A stretch of DNA of 32,000 bases from the NCBI RefSeq assembly GCF_036323395.1, contig NZ_AP028907.1, forward strand, positions 240,001 to 272,000, read 5' to 3'. The DNA comes from Pyrodictium abyssi. GTDB taxonomy: Archaea; Thermoproteota; Thermoprotei_A; Sulfolobales; Pyrodictiaceae. Below the pieces are notes generated by a model. It did not search any database, had not been told where the DNA came from, and saw only the letters and a program-made list of their open reading frames with translations. Shown here in pieces: positions 8,154-17,196 of the stretch; position 1 is the first letter of the stretch; each line of letters opens with the position of its first letter. A program made the position numbers and the translations under genes.

Positions 8154-9311
8154 CTAGGCAACTATGGCTACACCCTTAGAGAGCAGATATACAGCTACTG
8201 GCGCCGGGAGCCTAGGTTTATCGCCCCTACGCAGTCTTATACGGTTGCCAAGCACTGTTACGCTAGTGGGCAGGTCGGCTACAACCTCTATACGTATAGG
8301 ATCATAGCCCGCAAACGGCGATAGCTGCTCGGATACGGAGAACTCGTAGACCTTCTCTAGCTCTAGGGGGATCACAGGAAGCCCTGTCTTACCGTTAATG
8401 CTCCAGGGTGCTCTAATCAGTCTGCGAGTATCCACAGTGACTTGTTCATCGATCTCTACACCCAGGAGTTCGCGGGCCTTAGCCTCCAGGTCTGCAAAGA
8501 GTTGCCGATACTCCTCATAGCCTATAGGCTCGCGGCTTGTGAGGAGCCGTACGAGATCGTGGCGTCCGGTGGCCTCGGCTAGTCTGTACATTATGCGGGC
8601 TAGCCTTCCCCGTGCCCCCGCTAGACTTGTGCTTGGTGGCAGCGGTGATGGCTTACCTCTCCTCAGACTCAGCGTACGCCAAGGCTCCAACACGTCTTCC
8701 GACAGCCCTATTGCCTTTATGTAGTTGACTAGCTCGCGCCTAACGTCGGGCCCTGCTCTAGCAAGTTCATCAGTGTCCTGCAGGTATACGGTTACATGGA
8801 ACCCACGATGCCCGGAGAACTCTATTGCAAGCCGCTTTTCCTCGATGCCAAGTTCCTCAACCAGTATGTCCCATAGCACGATGCACCGCAGTGCCGCAAA
8901 CTTGATGCACTTCTCATCGATGAACGACGCCTTCTCGCCTACCGGTGTATCAACCTCGATAACCATTCCAGAGCATTCTGGCAGGTGGTCGGCGTCTATG
9001 TCGAATACTAGGTCTGCTGAGCGCCAGCCCTTAGCATCCATATCATCTATTCCTGGCTGGTCGTAGCGCGCAGAAGAGTAGTAGAAATGCCTAGGCGCCT
9101 TTTCTACGAGAAACTTCTTGATCTCGGTGACGCTGTGAAAAGATAGATGGCGTATATAGCTTCTACCGGTCCACGTCTGTGCAGCGAACTCCCTTAGCAT
9201 AAAGTCGGGGGGCACACTAGGCTCGTGTTTCTCGTAGTACTCACGGGTAAGTCTTTCAAGGAACCTCTTAGTCCTCATTACGCGGCTCTGTATACCATGG
9301 CTACTCGGCAT
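8154..9311 (-). CDS. priS: DNA primase small (catalytic) subunit PriS
   Basis: 385 aa. Catalytic motif DLVFDIDADHL, then GHRGFHV, in a typical AEP primase layout. Confidence 0.9.
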   Translation of the reverse strand: MPSSHGIQSRVMRTKRFLERLTREYYEKHEPSVPPDFMLREFAAQTWTGRSYIRHLSFHSVTEIKKFLVEKAPRHFYYSSARYDQPGIDDMDAKGWRSADLVFDIDADHLPECSGMVIEVDTPVGEKASFIDEKCIKFAALRCIVLWDILVEELGIEEKRLAIEFSGHRGFHVTVYLQDTDELARAGPDVRRELVNYIKAIGLSEDVLEPWRTLSLRRGKPSPLPPSTSLAGARGRLARIMYRLAEATGRHDLVRLLTSREPIGYEEYRQLFADLEAKARELLGVEIDEQVTVDTRRLIRAPWSINGKTGLPVIPLELEKVYEFSVSEQLSPFAGYDPIRIEVVADLPTSVTVLGNRIRLRRGDKPRLPAPVAVYLLSKGVAIVA

Positions 9312-9314
9312 CGG

Positions 9315-10055
9315 CTACTCTACCCTCGGCGCTATGAGGAAGCTAAATCTGGCCCCCTGCGGCAGCTCGTGCTCCACGAGTGCAGGCATGTCTGTACTGA
9401 AGTGGATAGTTATCATGTCTGCTACACGCGAGGCACCGGATAGGTCGCTGAAGTATTCGAGTGTGTAGCTTGCCTGCTGTGTGTCCTCAGCCTCTAATTC
9501 TATGAGGCTGCCGCTTTCACGTGTATATATTATCTCCGCCTCGCCTAGCTCGCTTGTCGACGATACTTTGAACTCCTCGCTACTCGCCACAAACCGTATA
9601 ACATCGCCTATAAGCTCAACATCCTTTATAGTGTCACGGTAGACGTCACTCATCACCTTAACGCGTGCTTTGAACTCGAGCTGGGGCTCTGGGAGCTGCT
9701 CAGCAGTTATATCGAGAAGGGGTAGCGTGAACCTCCGGTAGCCCTTACCTATGAACGTGAACGAGATCGAGTTCTCGTCAGCTGATATTTCGAGGCGATC
9801 CTCCTTGCCGGCCCGGCGTAGCACCTTAGCCACATCCTCTAGGTTAACGCCGAGTTCTGCACGCTGCTCTACGTCGAATTCCTCAAAGGAGTCTCTTGGA
9901 AACTTCATATCAAGCATTATCACGTGAGAGGGGTCCATGGCCCTAAACGTTAGACCCTCATCGGGGTCGACTATGAACACGCCCTCCTCTATGACCTTGG
10001 ATATTGCCGAGATAAGGTATCGCCATACACGTGCATCGAAGAACACCATCTTCAA
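9315..10055 (-). CDS. pcn: DNA polymerase sliding clamp PCNA
   Basis: 246 aa. FDARVWRYLISAISKVIEEGVFIVDPDEGLTFRAMDPSHVIMLDMKF matches the PCNA N-terminus. The start is TTG at 10055, with GAGGTGAT 6 nt upstream; an in-frame ATG lies at 10049. Confidence 0.9.
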   Translation of the reverse strand: MKMVFFDARVWRYLISAISKVIEEGVFIVDPDEGLTFRAMDPSHVIMLDMKFPRDSFEEFDVEQRAELGVNLEDVAKVLRRAGKEDRLEISADENSISFTFIGKGYRRFTLPLLDITAEQLPEPQLEFKARVKVMSDVYRDTIKDVELIGDVIRFVASSEEFKVSSTSELGEAEIIYTRESGSLIELEAEDTQQASYTLEYFSDLSGASRVADMITIHFSTDMPALVEHELPQGARFSFLIAPRVE

Positions 10056-10157
10056 GCAAGCATCACCTCATTATCGCTATAGACCGTCTTCCCTTTCCTC
10101 CTACTGTCCAAGCACACACTATAGGCTGTTTAAGGGGTAAAATTAGGGTCCGGCCCC

Positions 10158-10373
10158 TCATGAACGTTTCTGCCTCCCGCATTCACTGAGTAGCTCCTTT
10201 GCCGTGGAGAGGCCAGACTGGACGAGTCTTAGTGCTCTTTCAACGTAGGGTTTTGATGTAATAAAGTCGGGAGTACGGTTATATGCCTCAAACACGTCCT
10301 CGTATAGCTTACTAAACAGTCTCACGAAGTACTCTACGTAGCTTTCATCTACCATGCATGCATCGCTAGTCAT
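10158..10373 (-). CDS. Small hypothetical protein (about 71 aa) coupled to TFS
   Basis: The ATG at 10371-10373 overlaps the TFS stop (TAG at 10366-10368) in the string TATGACTAG. The protein looks helical and I recognise no family. The track ORF extends to 10403. Confidence 0.4.
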   Translation of the reverse strand: MTSDACMVDESYVEYFVRLFSKLYEDVFEAYNRTPDFITSKPYVERALRLVQSGLSTAKELLSECGRQKRS

Positions 10374-10707
10374 ACTCTCTCCACACGTGCCCGCACTGGG
10401 CACACTTGAAGAACCTTGTTGGTGGCTCGTCGGCTCTGCGTGTCTGGACTACCCAGTAGTAGGCCTCGTAATAGCCGCACTTGGGGCATATAGCCCTGGT
10501 CTTGGGCAGTGCTTCTAGCTTCTTCTGATCGTTGACCACTATTATCCGCTCTTTCTCGCTATGCCTTATCTGCTGCCGCAGTATAGAGAGTGCAGGAGAG
10601 CCGCCCTCCGCGATCTCTCTGTGCCCACAGCTGGGGCATACCCATGTCATTCTGCCGTCAATGTTGCGCATCATCATTAGGCTCCCACAACGGGGGCAGA
10701 ACCTCAT
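10366..10707 (-). CDS. tfs: Transcription factor S (TFS; RNAP subunit M-like)
   Basis: MRFCPRCGSLM...CPSCGH N-terminal zinc ribbon. C-terminal ribbon CPKCGYYEAYYWVVQTRRADEPPTRFFKCAQCGHVW carries the acidic loop. I place the start at ATG 10705-10707; the track ORF starts at GTG 10719. Confidence 0.9.
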   Translation of the reverse strand: MRFCPRCGSLMMMRNIDGRMTWVCPSCGHREIAEGGSPALSILRQQIRHSEKERIIVVNDQKKLEALPKTRAICPKCGYYEAYYWVVQTRRADEPPTRFFKCAQCGHVWREYD

Positions 10708-10819
10708 TTGTATGATCACCCTCTACCATCTATGGCTGTCACCGTGCGCCTTGAGCCAGTAGTGCTTTGAGCCAACTCGCAGTGGTAGGTTATTTTCCGC
10801 TCTTACAGGTTTTTCTACA

Positions 10820-11155
10820 CTATCTACAATGCTGCTCAGCATTGCCTGCCAGCGTCAAAGCATCTTCGCGGCAGAGACGTTCTAGGAGACTCTCTATGCA
10901 GGTAAGACACATGGGGGCATATTCTCTCGGGCTGAGCACTCTTAGACCAAGCTCTCTAGCCACTGTAGCCGGCCATGCTGCGCGAAGTTCCTCGGAGAAG
11001 CTACTGGCTTTAATACATTGTACAATAGTGTCTAGCGACTTGCCTATGAATAGGGCTTCTATACGGCTCTGGCTTCTAAGAATTATGGCTACTAAGAGGC
11101 TGTTCGAGCACTCGTAGATATATAGAAAACGGGCCTCACGCTTTACACTCGCCAT
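10820..11155 (-). CDS. Hypothetical protein (weakly supported)
   Basis: 111-aa ORF with ATG at 11153-11155, overlapping the rpoL stop by 20 nt. It is more protein-like than the S/R/L-rich antisense ORF 10767..11117. I see no recognisable motif. Confidence 0.3.
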   Translation of the reverse strand: MASVKREARFLYIYECSNSLLVAIILRSQSRIEALFIGKSLDTIVQCIKASSFSEELRAAWPATVARELGLRVLSPREYAPMCLTCIESLLERLCREDALTLAGNAEQHCR

Positions 11156-11441
11156 TAGCCTTTAGGGCCTCCTCAAACGCTTGCTGGAACTCACTGGCAT
11201 CTTTTATAATGTCGCGCAGCACCTCCTCAATGACGTCTAGAGGGTCTCTACTACCGTCGGTGGACAACACTATTACGGGATTACCTATAAGCGGATGTGA
11301 TATTATATAGGACGAGTAAACGACGCCTGGCTTCCTTATAGCGTACTTGGCTATCAAGTTGGCTATAGTGTGGTCCTCTCCTACAAGCTTCATTTCTATA
11401 GTATTTCCTTCACGTTTTAGCAGCTTTACTTTCCCTGTCAA
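11136..11441 (-). CDS. rpoL: DNA-directed RNA polymerase subunit L (Rpo11)
   Basis: 101 aa. The motif LVGEDHTIANLIAKYAIRKPGVVYSSYIISHPL is characteristic of RpoL. TTG start. Confidence 0.85.
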   Translation of the reverse strand: MTGKVKLLKREGNTIEMKLVGEDHTIANLIAKYAIRKPGVVYSSYIISHPLIGNPVIVLSTDGSRDPLDVIEEVLRDIIKDASEFQQAFEEALKANGECKA

Positions 11442-11462
11442 TTATACCCTACCCCCAGGGCT

Positions 11463-12140
11463 CTAGCCTGGAAGCTGAGCCCCCTTAAGCATGACTGCTA
11501 TCTTTCTCAGACCGCGTCTCCACTCTTCGCGAAGCACTATACCCTCCTCGGTTTCCTCGAGGACTCTAGAGCGTAGACCATACTCTATCACAGTATCAGG
11601 GTCTACATCTAGCCCAGATGCAAGGGCTGCTATCATACGCTTAGCTGCTGTGCCCTTCACGCGGAAACGGAGACTGTCTATTACCTCTGCTATTTTCCTT
11701 GCCAGCGTTATCACCTCTTCCAGAGGGGCATCCGTGTATATTGTAGACTTGTCTTCACTCAGTCTTGCATCATAGCCACGAAGCGTTAACGCGTATACAA
11801 GGGATTCTGGCGGGAACGTTCTACCCGCTTCCTTCACTATTGCTTCTATCGAGGCTTCTCTCCTTGTTCTCAGCCGGTATAGCTCCCAGAGGTCGGCTAG
11901 GGCCTGGCGTATGCGGTACCAGCTATCCTTTATCTCGTAGTCAGTGCCCACTATCTCTATGTATATCTTGCCTCCACGTATACTCACCTCAGCATAGCTG
12001 CTGCTAATAGCGCTACCTATCTTTTCGTACACCTTTTCCGCTGGTATACCAGGCGGCGCATTTGCCACGTAGAGCTTTCTCTTAATTACGCCCAACAACC
12101 ATCCCCCTGATATGCCTAAGACGGCGGGCCTGGCGAGCAA
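11463..12140 (-). CDS. Conserved-looking hypothetical protein between csl4 and rpoL
   Basis: 225-aa ORF with ordinary amino-acid composition and tight spacing to both neighbours. I recognise no catalytic motif and cannot confidently name a family. Confidence 0.6.
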   Translation of the reverse strand: MLARPAVLGISGGWLLGVIKRKLYVANAPPGIPAEKVYEKIGSAISSSYAEVSIRGGKIYIEIVGTDYEIKDSWYRIRQALADLWELYRLRTRREASIEAIVKEAGRTFPPESLVYALTLRGYDARLSEDKSTIYTDAPLEEVITLARKIAEVIDSLRFRVKGTAAKRMIAALASGLDVDPDTVIEYGLRSRVLEETEEGIVLREEWRRGLRKIAVMLKGAQLPG

Positions 12141-12167
12141 CAGCTAGGCGCTAGCCCCGCCTACATA

Positions 12168-12770
12168 CTACCTTCTCCTACGGCGTGAGGATAGCATGTA
12201 TAGTGGTGATACTCTTCTCTGTTCTTCGTTACCGCAGCGCATACACGTTAAGCGGGGACTACCAGGTACGCGGTATAAAGGCGCGCCGCAAACCGAGCAG
12301 TACGCTAGTATCACGCCATCCTGGGACTTCTTTATCGAGAGCATGTAGGGGAGTGACGATGATAACACGGTCGCGCGGATAAAGTCGCCAGGTCTTACAA
12401 AGTCATACATGCTTTTACCACCAGGGACATCAACCACCTGGAGTATATGTAGAACCCCGCTAAAGGAGCCATTATAGGGGATCATGCGCTCATCTGCAAA
12501 TATCTTGACTAGTGCCAGCTCGTCGCGCGGTATCGCATAGACTGCCCCGTATACGATACTGTTACGCTTGGGAAGTCTAGGCTTCATTGATACCGGTTTT
12601 ACACTAATCCTACGGGCTACGAGGTCTACCTCCACCTGGCCGAACCGTGCTGCACGTATGTATCCATCGTCAACATAAACGCCTTCGCCCGGTATGAACT
12701 CTTCTACAGTGCATAGCGGCTCGCCTGGGAAGACTCTACGCCCTACTAGTTCCTCGACACTCCTCAGCAT
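12168..12770 (-). CDS. csl4: Exosome complex RNA-binding subunit Csl4
   Basis: 200 aa. N-terminal domain (VFPGEPLCTVEEFIPGEG), central S1-like domain, and C-terminal zinc ribbon CSVCGAPL....CMRCG. Confidence 0.85.
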   Translation of the reverse strand: MLRSVEELVGRRVFPGEPLCTVEEFIPGEGVYVDDGYIRAARFGQVEVDLVARRISVKPVSMKPRLPKRNSIVYGAVYAIPRDELALVKIFADERMIPYNGSFSGVLHILQVVDVPGGKSMYDFVRPGDFIRATVLSSSLPYMLSIKKSQDGVILAYCSVCGAPLYRVPGSPRLTCMRCGNEEQRRVSPLYMLSSRRRRR

Positions 12771-13407
12771 CGTGGCTCTGCCCTCTTCCCACTCTCCAGG
12801 CCTTCAAGAGTAGCACGGGTATGTAATGTATTCTCTTAACATGGTCACTATACATGGCTGGTAGCGGGAACTTATACACTTTGATGAAGTCTACACAGTA
12901 GCCTGCTTGCCCTAGGATGCGGGTGAGGTACCTCTTTACGCCTTGGTCTGCATAGTGGAGGCTACATATAGTATGTGCTCCTACGTCTATTCCAGCGTTT
13001 ATGAATGTCCTATCAGCTCTACGCCTCGATACTCCGAATGGAGGATTCTGGACTATACATACGCCCTCTAGCCGCCGAATGGGTAGATGAGCTACATCTG
13101 CTACTATGAAGTCCACTATACTCTCGGCGTAGAGCCTAGAACCCTTTGCCAACTGAGCTGCTTCCTCGTCTATCTCTATGCCGATGGTGTAGCCGCCGGC
13201 GATAGCGTGGACGGCGTAACTTAGCATACCAGTACCCGAGCCTAGATCTATTACCAGGCTACAAGGGTGCCTAGCGATACACAGCGCAATATCGACTGCT
13301 ATCTCAGGAGGTGTCCGGTATTGCTCGTACTCACGCTTAGGGCTGGCTAGACGCGGAACCAGCTGCTCTAGCAGCATTACGAGCCTTGATGCCTTCACCT
13401 GTCGCAC
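12736..13407 (-). CDS. COG2263/METTL5-like SAM-dependent methyltransferase (NPPF motif)
   Basis: 223 aa. PKREYEQYRTPPEIA, SAM-binding motif VIDLGSGTGML and catalytic motif IVQNPPFGV. GTG start, with an alternative ATG at 13377. The 3' end overlaps csl4 by 35 nt. Confidence 0.8.
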   Translation of the reverse strand: MRQVKASRLVMLLEQLVPRLASPKREYEQYRTPPEIAVDIALCIARHPCSLVIDLGSGTGMLSYAVHAIAGGYTIGIEIDEEAAQLAKGSRLYAESIVDFIVADVAHLPIRRLEGVCIVQNPPFGVSRRRADRTFINAGIDVGAHTICSLHYADQGVKRYLTRILGQAGYCVDFIKVYKFPLPAMYSDHVKRIHYIPVLLLKAWRVGRGQSHDAEECRGTSRA

Positions 13408-13419
13408 GCCCGGGTACCC

Positions 13420-14445
13420 TCACCAAGGAAAAGTATACTGTTGCCCGGCTATACCGCCGCTTAGTACTATACGAGCTTCTGCCGGTGTAAGCACTGGTTT
13501 CCAGTAGTCGGAGAAGTCCTCTATTGCTAGCCTCGGACACGATACCATCACGTAGGCGTCATAGTCGTCCGGTGAAAGGTTGTCAAGGTACTCTCTTGTT
13601 ACGTAGCGTGCTAGTATGAACCGGTATCTTACTCCGCGTCTATCTGCAAGCCTGGCCAGGTATTCTGCTATCCATGGCCTATACTGGCCTGCAAGGAGCC
13701 CTACTACTATGCCTATTTTTGACGCGTTAGCAGCCTGCTGCATTAACCAATAGCGTTTCGCCAACGTCTTAGCGACCAGCCCTGCTATATCCTCGACACC
13801 GCTTGTGTAGGGGTCTATGCGCAGGACGGGAGTAGAGCCAGATAGGGCGAGACCGAGGCCCAGTGCGTGAAAGTATCCTCCAGCTACCACGAGGTATGCA
13901 TCAACCCTATCCATGAGCTTGGCCAGGCTATAGTAGTTGCACCCAATCACGTTATCGATAGCTATAACGCTTATACCATTCTCCGAGAGTAGATTTGCCA
14001 CCGTATTTGCTAGGCGCTTATGTTGTATGGAGTACCCTATTGCCGTACTAGACCAGCCATTAGCCTCGAAGACTTTTATAACCTTATTAGCTAGCGCCTC
14101 TGCGTCGCCGCCAAGATACTCTCCCTCCACGAGGTATATGTTATCCGGGATCCTGTATACACACGCGCCTCCCCTGCACAGTGGATAACTATACTCCCCA
14201 TGCCCTATGTGGACTAGTATAATATCATTGCCCATGGTGTCTAGCACGTCGAAAGACACACTACAAGAGCCAAAAGACGGTTCAAGCCTTATATATACCT
14301 CTATGTCTTCTCCGGCTAGACACTCCTCTGCGAGGAATTCTGCTAGACGTTCGAGAAGCCGTACCATTCCCTGTGGTGCTTCTAGTACTACTGCTCTTGG
14401 CTTCCTATTTTTGATTACCTTAGCTACCTCGTTGAAGTCAAACAT
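13420..14445 (-). CDS. dph2: Diphthamide biosynthesis protein Dph2 (2-(3-amino-3-carboxypropyl)histidine synthase)
   Basis: MFDFNEVAKVIKNRKPRAVVLEAPQGM...FGSCSVSFDVLD...ILVHIGHGEY matches archaeal Dph2. I start it at ATG 14443-14445. The track ORF extends 15 codons further, to TTG at 14490. Confidence 0.85.
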   Translation of the reverse strand: MFDFNEVAKVIKNRKPRAVVLEAPQGMVRLLERLAEFLAEECLAGEDIEVYIRLEPSFGSCSVSFDVLDTMGNDIILVHIGHGEYSYPLCRGGACVYRIPDNIYLVEGEYLGGDAEALANKVIKVFEANGWSSTAIGYSIQHKRLANTVANLLSENGISVIAIDNVIGCNYYSLAKLMDRVDAYLVVAGGYFHALGLGLALSGSTPVLRIDPYTSGVEDIAGLVAKTLAKRYWLMQQAANASKIGIVVGLLAGQYRPWIAEYLARLADRRGVRYRFILARYVTREYLDNLSPDDYDAYVMVSCPRLAIEDFSDYWKPVLTPAEARIVLSGGIAGQQYTFPW

Positions 14446-14814
14446 ATAGTCGTCAATTATCTTGCAGCAGCCTTTACACGATACGCCCAAGACGCCGGCT
14501 ACACCCCATCTAAGGCACCACCCTGCGGCGCTACAGAGGCCCCTACGATACAGCTCCTACGTAATAGCTAATATTGGCCAGCCCCAGCCTAGCTACCTAT
14601 ACATCACCGCATCAACTCCTCACTGATGGTAGCCTGAATGCCCTCTAGCCGGACACAGCTATGCCGAACAGAGCAGCCATACTCGACACAACATGCTATC
14701 TGATAGTTTGTTTAGGAACTAGTGCCGAAGCTGCGGGGAAGCGTGAGGATAGAGCTGCATAGATACAAGAAGAGGGTTGAACAAGCTAAGGGCCTGCTCG
14801 GAGCCAGCGCTTCT

Positions 14815-15339
14815 CTACTTCTTTATGGGGATTATGCGTATACGTGTTGGCAGCGGCAGCTTCGCAGCTCCCCGACGCAGGCCCTCCTTGGCATGCTCTA
14901 GGTGCTCCTTGCGGACGCGTACCTCTAGCACTGCCTGGCCTGGGTAGACCCTTGCCGCTGTGCCTACGGGTTTACCGAACGCCTGCCTCATACCCTCCTG
15001 TAGACGGTCAGCACCCGCGAAGGCCATCATCTTGTTCTCACGGAGCACATGATGCGGGTAGACTCTTACTCTGAACAAGTAGTTCTGGTCACCTATGGTG
15101 GTCGAGAGGTACTTATGGACCATTACACGCGCTGCCTCTAGTGCATTATGGCGTATCTGGCCGCGCTCCTCAACGTAGACTTCAAGTATGTAGTCGTAGT
15201 CACCGTGGGGGTTACCCATTGTGAACTTCTGGATCTTCGGCGGCGGCACACCATGTATGTACTCTCTCCTCGTGTAAGCTGGGCCGGAGAACGCCTTTGA
15301 ACGACGCTTGGTGTAGCACCGCGCAGGCTTCTGCGGCAT
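14815..15339 (-). CDS. rpl10e: Ribosomal protein L10e (uL16)
   Basis: [39 protein letters not shown]...[13 protein letters not shown] is classic L10e. The start is ATG at 15337-15339. The 55-codon upstream extension in the track ORF is not L10e-like. Confidence 0.95.
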   Translation of the reverse strand: MPQKPARCYTKRRSKAFSGPAYTRREYIHGVPPPKIQKFTMGNPHGDYDYILEVYVEERGQIRHNALEAARVMVHKYLSTTIGDQNYLFRVRVYPHHVLRENKMMAFAGADRLQEGMRQAFGKPVGTAARVYPGQAVLEVRVRKEHLEHAKEGLRRGAAKLPLPTRIRIIPIKK

Positions 15340-15365
15340 ACCGGTAGCACCGGGTTTAGACTCGG

Positions 15366-15371
15366 CATAAA
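15366..15371 (-). promoter_or_regulatory. TATA-like element upstream of rpl10e
   Basis: The minus strand reads TTTATG starting 32 nt upstream of the L10e ATG. This fits a leaderless or short-leader archaeal promoter. Confidence 0.4.
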
Positions 15372-15428
15372 CCGCCTGGTTATGAAGGCTTCTCTGGCCG
15401 GGGCTCGACACCGGCGGCAGACTGGCCT

Positions 15429-16475
15429 CTATCCCGGCTTTGCGACTACTATGTAGGGATAGAGGTTTCCATGGGCTACTTTGCGGGCATGAGTTATGCG
15501 CCACCCGTGTTCCTCGAGCACGCGTCTCACAGTCTTGTGCTCCGTGGTTATCAGTACTATGCTCTTCTTGACTACGTTTACTGCTTCACGTAGGAACTCG
15601 CGGTATACTCGCCTAACTTCACGTGGACTGCCCATGCGTATACCGTAGGGCGGATTAGACACCACTACGTCTACATCTTCCACGTAGCTGCTTAAGCGGG
15701 TGGCATCACCCACTATGAATCTTATGCGGTTCTCTACGAGCGCTGCCTTCGCGTTGAGCCTCGCCCCGGCTATGTGTCTACGGCTTCGGTCCATACAGAT
15801 TATCCTAGAGTGCTCCAGAAGCATGGCAGCCTCTATTGCGACCGTGCCGCCGCCACACATAGGGTCCATCAGCGTGTCGCCGTCGACGACATCTGACATG
15901 AGTATCATAGCATAGGCTAGTGTCGGTTTAAGGGCTGCGGGATGGTCGTATATCCGGTAGCCTCTCCGGTGCCATGACATCTCGCCGCCAAGCTCTATAG
16001 ACACGTATATCTCGTCGTGTATGACGTCTACTGACACTACTACTGCGGGATAGTCTAGGTCTACCGGTGGACGCTCGCCATAGGCTCGGCGTACTGCGTC
16101 TATAACAGCGTCTCCTGCGACACGTGCTACATCTAGCGAGGAGAAATCGTGTTCTCCCACACGTTCGGCTCTCACAGCGAAGCTTGTGTATGGTGTCACG
16201 TACTTCTCTACACCACTAGCAGCTACAACCTCGTAGACCTTCCTAAGGCAGTCCTGGGAGCCACATATCCCATTGCGGGCGAGAAGCAGCTTAGCCCTAT
16301 GTATAGATCTTAACTGTTCTACTAGGTAGATCTTCTTCTCGTCCACGGATACTAGCACACGGCCGTGGCCGCTACGCACCTCGATGGCTTCGGCGCTGAG
16401 CTTAGCCTCAGCCTCCCATACTACAATGTCCTCTATGCCGGGGTTAGTCGTCAGTATGACTGTCCTGCGCGTCAC
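15429..16475 (-). CDS. THUMP-domain SAM-dependent RNA methyltransferase (COG0116; Trm14/RlmL-like, probable tRNA m2G)
   Basis: 348 aa. N-terminal ferredoxin-like and THUMP region, SAM-binding motif [14 protein letters not shown], catalytic motif [15 protein letters not shown] start. Confidence 0.8.
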   Translation of the reverse strand: MTRRTVILTTNPGIEDIVVWEAEAKLSAEAIEVRSGHGRVLVSVDEKKIYLVEQLRSIHRAKLLLARNGICGSQDCLRKVYEVVAASGVEKYVTPYTSFAVRAERVGEHDFSSLDVARVAGDAVIDAVRRAYGERPPVDLDYPAVVVSVDVIHDEIYVSIELGGEMSWHRRGYRIYDHPAALKPTLAYAMILMSDVVDGDTLMDPMCGGGTVAIEAAMLLEHSRIICMDRSRRHIAGARLNAKAALVENRIRFIVGDATRLSSYVEDVDVVVSNPPYGIRMGSPREVRRVYREFLREAVNVVKKSIVLITTEHKTVRRVLEEHGWRITHARKVAHGNLYPYIVVAKPG

Positions 16476-17196
16476 TGCCCCTACACTCCTCCACTAAGCG
16501 GCGGAGCTTTTTCGCAAACTGGTATAATGCTGACGCCTCGCCGCTAGTCATTCTAGACTTCCACAAGAGGTGCTTTATAGCCGCGTCCACGGCCGGGAGT
16601 CTCTCCCGGTCAATAAGCTCCTCTGCAACGCCACGGAGGAGCCCGTATATACGCTCAAGGCTAGCACTGTCTGCTTGCTCGTGTATCCTGCCTTCGAACC
16701 GTAGAGCCGTCCAGAGTTCGTAGAGCACTATGGCCACTGCGTGGCTCAGGTTTAGCACCGGGTACTCTGGGTTAGCAGGTATATGCACCAGCACGTGGCA
16801 TTTCGACAGCTCCTCCCTCGTAAGGCCGACACTCTCCCGCCCGAAGACTACTGCTACGCTGTCGTAGCGAGGGGCTAGCTCTGTTGCAAACTCTCTAACA
16901 GAAACCGCGTGGCGGAGCACATCGCTGCGTTGCCCGGTCCTCGCGCTAGTACAGGCCGCTATGCCGACCCCGGCAAGTGCCTCGTCAAGACTCTTTACCA
17001 TGTTTATCCTCTCAAGCATATAGGCGCCATTAGCGGCAAACCGTCTAGCCTCCTCGCTGGCCGGGCTAACCTTAGGGTCAACAAGATAGAACTCGTCTAC
17101 CCGGAAGTTGGCTGCCAGCCTTGCTATGAAGCCTAGGTTTATCTCACCCTCGGTGCCCACAAGTACTAGCCTTATCCTTGTCCCTCCTCCTTGCAA
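16444..17196 (-). CDS. SPOUT (TrmH/SpoU) RNA 2'-O-methyltransferase, TrmJ-like
   Basis: 250 aa. IRLVLVGTEGEINLGFIARLAANFRVDEFYLV, then FGRESVGLT and NLSHAVAIVLYEL, the three SpoU motifs. TTG start. The 3' end overlaps the THUMP methyltransferase gene by 32 nt. Confidence 0.8.
   Translation of the reverse strand: MQGGGTRIRLVLVGTEGEINLGFIARLAANFRVDEFYLVDPKVSPASEEARRFAANGAYMLERINMVKSLDEALAGVGIAACTSARTGQRSDVLRHAVSVREFATELAPRYDSVAVVFGRESVGLTREELSKCHVLVHIPANPEYPVLNLSHAVAIVLYELWTALRFEGRIHEQADSASLERIYGLLRGVAEELIDRERLPAVDAAIKHLLWKSRMTSGEASALYQFAKKLRRLVEECRGSDAQDSHTDD

Noticed and set aside
7649-8179. 176-aa plus-strand ORF; also similar antisense ORFs at 308..805, 8725..9066, 10767..11117, 17983..18297, 18836..19162, 19624..20037, 22406..22858 and 24743..25201
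   Set aside because: Each is antisense to a gene with a strong family signature and has S/T/R/L/P-rich composition, so they are shadow ORFs.
13337-13540. 67-aa minus-strand ORF bridging the Dph2 3' end and the methyltransferase 5' end
   Set aside because: It is out of frame with both well-supported genes and overlaps both. Its product is S/R-rich.
14815-15504. 229-aa version of the L10e ORF with a 55-residue N-terminal extension
   Set aside because: The extension ([20 protein letters not shown]...) is not L10e-like and overlaps the upstream methyltransferase gene end. The conserved L10e N-terminus MPQKPARCY starts at ATG 15339, which has a TATA-like element 32 nt upstream.
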